Assembly: GCA_001179505.1 (NCBI GenBank)
Contig: CDMY01000238.1
Location: forward strand, 1 to 64,000
Reading direction: 5' to 3'
Origin: Vitrella brassicaformis CCMP3155
Lineage: Eukaryota > Protista > Chromerida
Length of the DNA stretch: 64,000 nucleotides
How positions within the stretch are numbered: the first letter of the stretch is position 1; each line of letters starts with the position of its first letter. A program made the translations under genes and the position numbers. Positions 62,110 to 64,000 of the stretch are shown one piece after another. Under the pieces are notes generated by a model. The model was not told the DNA's origin. It ran no database searches and saw nothing but the letters and a program-made list of their open reading frames with translations.

Positions 62110-63973
62110 TCACAGGGCCCTCAGCTGCAGCACCGAATATCGCTGATAGACGGCCAGCTCATTCAGGACTTTTGGCAACTGCGCACACACACGCACACAC
62201 TCGTCTATGCCCACACACGAAGTACAAGTATGTGTACGAGTGAGTGAGCAGCATGACCACTCACCTGCCAAATTCCATCGATGACGAAATGCGCGCCAGC
62301 CCGATAGAGCTGCTCGTATACGGTTTTGATGCGGTCACTCAGCTGCCTGCACACACCCACACACGTGGATGGAGTCTTTCCACACACGGCGAAGGGCCGC
62401 CTCACTTGCTTATCGACCCATCGATGTCGGCATCGGCTCTCTCGCTCACGAGACGACTTGTACGCGCCACACCTACTGTCCAGCACCTATGGACACATCC
62501 ACTCACAGGCTGCACACGCACAGATAGGCTCCCAATGGCTTGTGGTACCCGGCATTGAGCCCCTCCTCTATGCCGCTGGCCGTGCTGCTCACGCGGACCA
62601 CACTCGTGGCTGGGTACACACCTGCATAACCATGCAAACACGCAAAAAGCATGTGTTATGTGTGTCACGTGTACATGTGTTGTGTGTGCCTACCCAGTCT
62701 GTGCATGAGGTGGAACACCAGCCACGGCTGGGGGGCCTTTGGGGAGGTCTCTCTGGTCGACAGAAAGGCGTCAGGCAGGAAACCCTCGCCGAAATACTCT
62801 GCTCGGAGCTTGAAACCCTCAAGGGCCTCTGGAGGGACACACACAGTCGCATCGAAGCCTGTGTGAGGGCTGATAGATGTGCGTGTAGGTGTGCCGACCT
62901 TCGTTGCAGTCAGCAATGACGGCGATCTTCAGCCCAGCCTCCTGAGTCGACGGGAAGAAAGGATATCTGAATTGGCGTGACGCAATGAGAGTGAGGTCCC
63001 CTCTTTGTCATTGCAGCAAACCTTGAGGCTCTTCAACGTCTCTGTGGCGTTCTGCAGGGGCATGTGTGCAGATGCCTCCAGATGTGCCCATATGTGTGTC
63101 TAGTGTGTGCACACGTACCTGTATCGGTTTGGATGTCCTCACAGTCTTCACGTACTCACTGTCAAAGGTCTGCACACAGGCGCAAGGATCAGGCCTCTGC
63201 GTACCTGGACAAATGAGCGCACCTGTATGAGCGATGGCACCACCCAGGCAGGGGCAGTGACGTTCGGCAATGCAAGATCAGTGGCCCCCTGAGCCGCCTC
63301 GCGCATACGATCTGCACACACACGCATCGCAACCAACGGTATAGGTCTGTCTGCCGTGTACAGGTAGGCATCTCACCTTCTGTCTTTTGACAAAGGTCCC
63401 GCAGCAATCCCACCTTGCCTGTGGCGTCCTGCACACGTGCAGATCTGCGTGGTTTTTCTCACTCACAGGGTGCTCCTGACTCACCATTGGGTGCGGGTCT
63501 CCCTCCACAAGGCGCGTTTCATCCTCACTCAGCTCAACGCCCTGCACAGAGCCACACACACACACACACACACACGAGTGCAACAGACAAAGGCAGAACT
63601 TCACTCACTCGCGATAGAAAGCTCTCTCGGAGTGCGTTCTGTGTGCCGTGGAGGCCATGGTCGAACCACACGCCTTCCAGATCAAGAATGACGGCACGCA
63701 GATCTGCAGATCCGTCGGAATGGCTGCAAATCATGAATGAATGTACTCTTTCTTACCAACAGTGGCCTTCCTGCAGCGAAAGCCAGGGTCAAAAGGCGCC
63801 TCTCTCGCCAGCATCCGCCTCTGCGAGCTTAAAAGCTTGCGACCCAACCAACGGCCGCGACAAAACGGCCTCCGGCAGGAAAACCTGATGACGGAACAGG
63901 AACAAGGCAAGGACAACAGGGATACAGCGGGAGGTGCAGGGGAGGAAGCAGCGCATGAACAAGGGCACTGCAA
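62110..63973 (-). CDS. Phosphonoacetaldehyde hydrolase (PhnX)-like HAD protein with degenerate motifs; 5' end uncertain (ATG at 63814 or further upstream)
   Basis: Spliced product ..LRAVILDLEGVWFDHG..EAGLKIAVIADCN..PDAFLSTRETSPKAPQPWLVFHLMHRLG|VYPATSVVRVSSTASGIEEGLNAG|CWTVGVA..LYRAGAHFVIDGIWQLPKVL matches the PhnX pattern 'PD......GRP.PW......LGV......KVGDT..DI.EG.NAG.W.VGV..L..AGAH.VID'. Confidence 0.8.
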
Positions 63974-64000
63974 GCGGCAGCAGTGGAGATGCTTCCCTTG

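Noticed and set aside
1-64000. Numerous short ORFs rich in CVCV, THTH or TDRQ
   Set aside because: They are translations of intronic (GT)n, (CA)n and (GACA)n microsatellites or antisense shadows of GC-rich exons.
1-64000. tRNA, rRNA, snRNA genes, CRISPR arrays and prokaryotic operons
   Set aside because: None was recognised by eye, and the repeats present lack a repeat-spacer pattern. A covariance-model scan (tRNAscan-SE, Infernal/Rfam) would be needed to exclude small RNAs.

Overview
Intron-rich eukaryotic DNA with short, mostly GT-AG introns full of (GT)n/(CA)n/(GACA)n microsatellites and two 300-N scaffold gaps. Gene style and lineage-specific families suggest a chromerid alveolate such as Vitrella (inference). 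Most ORF-track entries are exon fragments or noise, so genes were rebuilt by joining exons at matching splice phases; all models are manual and unverified. 1-19 kb: five alternately oriented copies of a lineage-specific F-box/LRR-like family, several damaged, with V-ATPase subunit G between two of them. 20.9-24.3 kb: CCA-type tRNA nucleotidyltransferase with an altered templating motif, fused to a C-terminal HAD phosphatase. 29-43 kb: a membrane-protein region, two genes with CENP-B/Tc5-type HTH modules (one fused to tandem TLDc domains), and a degenerate ~1.45-kb tandem repeat between them. 45-53 kb: hypothetical and coiled-coil genes. 53.6-57.7 kb: a phosphohistidine + ATP-grasp dikinase module joined to a DcpS-like HIT domain, interrupted by two in-frame stops. 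58-64 kb: FPP synthase, a divergent pair of Zn-finger/PARP-like ADP-ribosyltransferase genes, and a degenerate phosphonatase-like HAD gene. The best candidates for new biology are the dikinase-DcpS fusion, the NTase-HAD fusion, the CENP-B-TLDc fusion and the ART pair.
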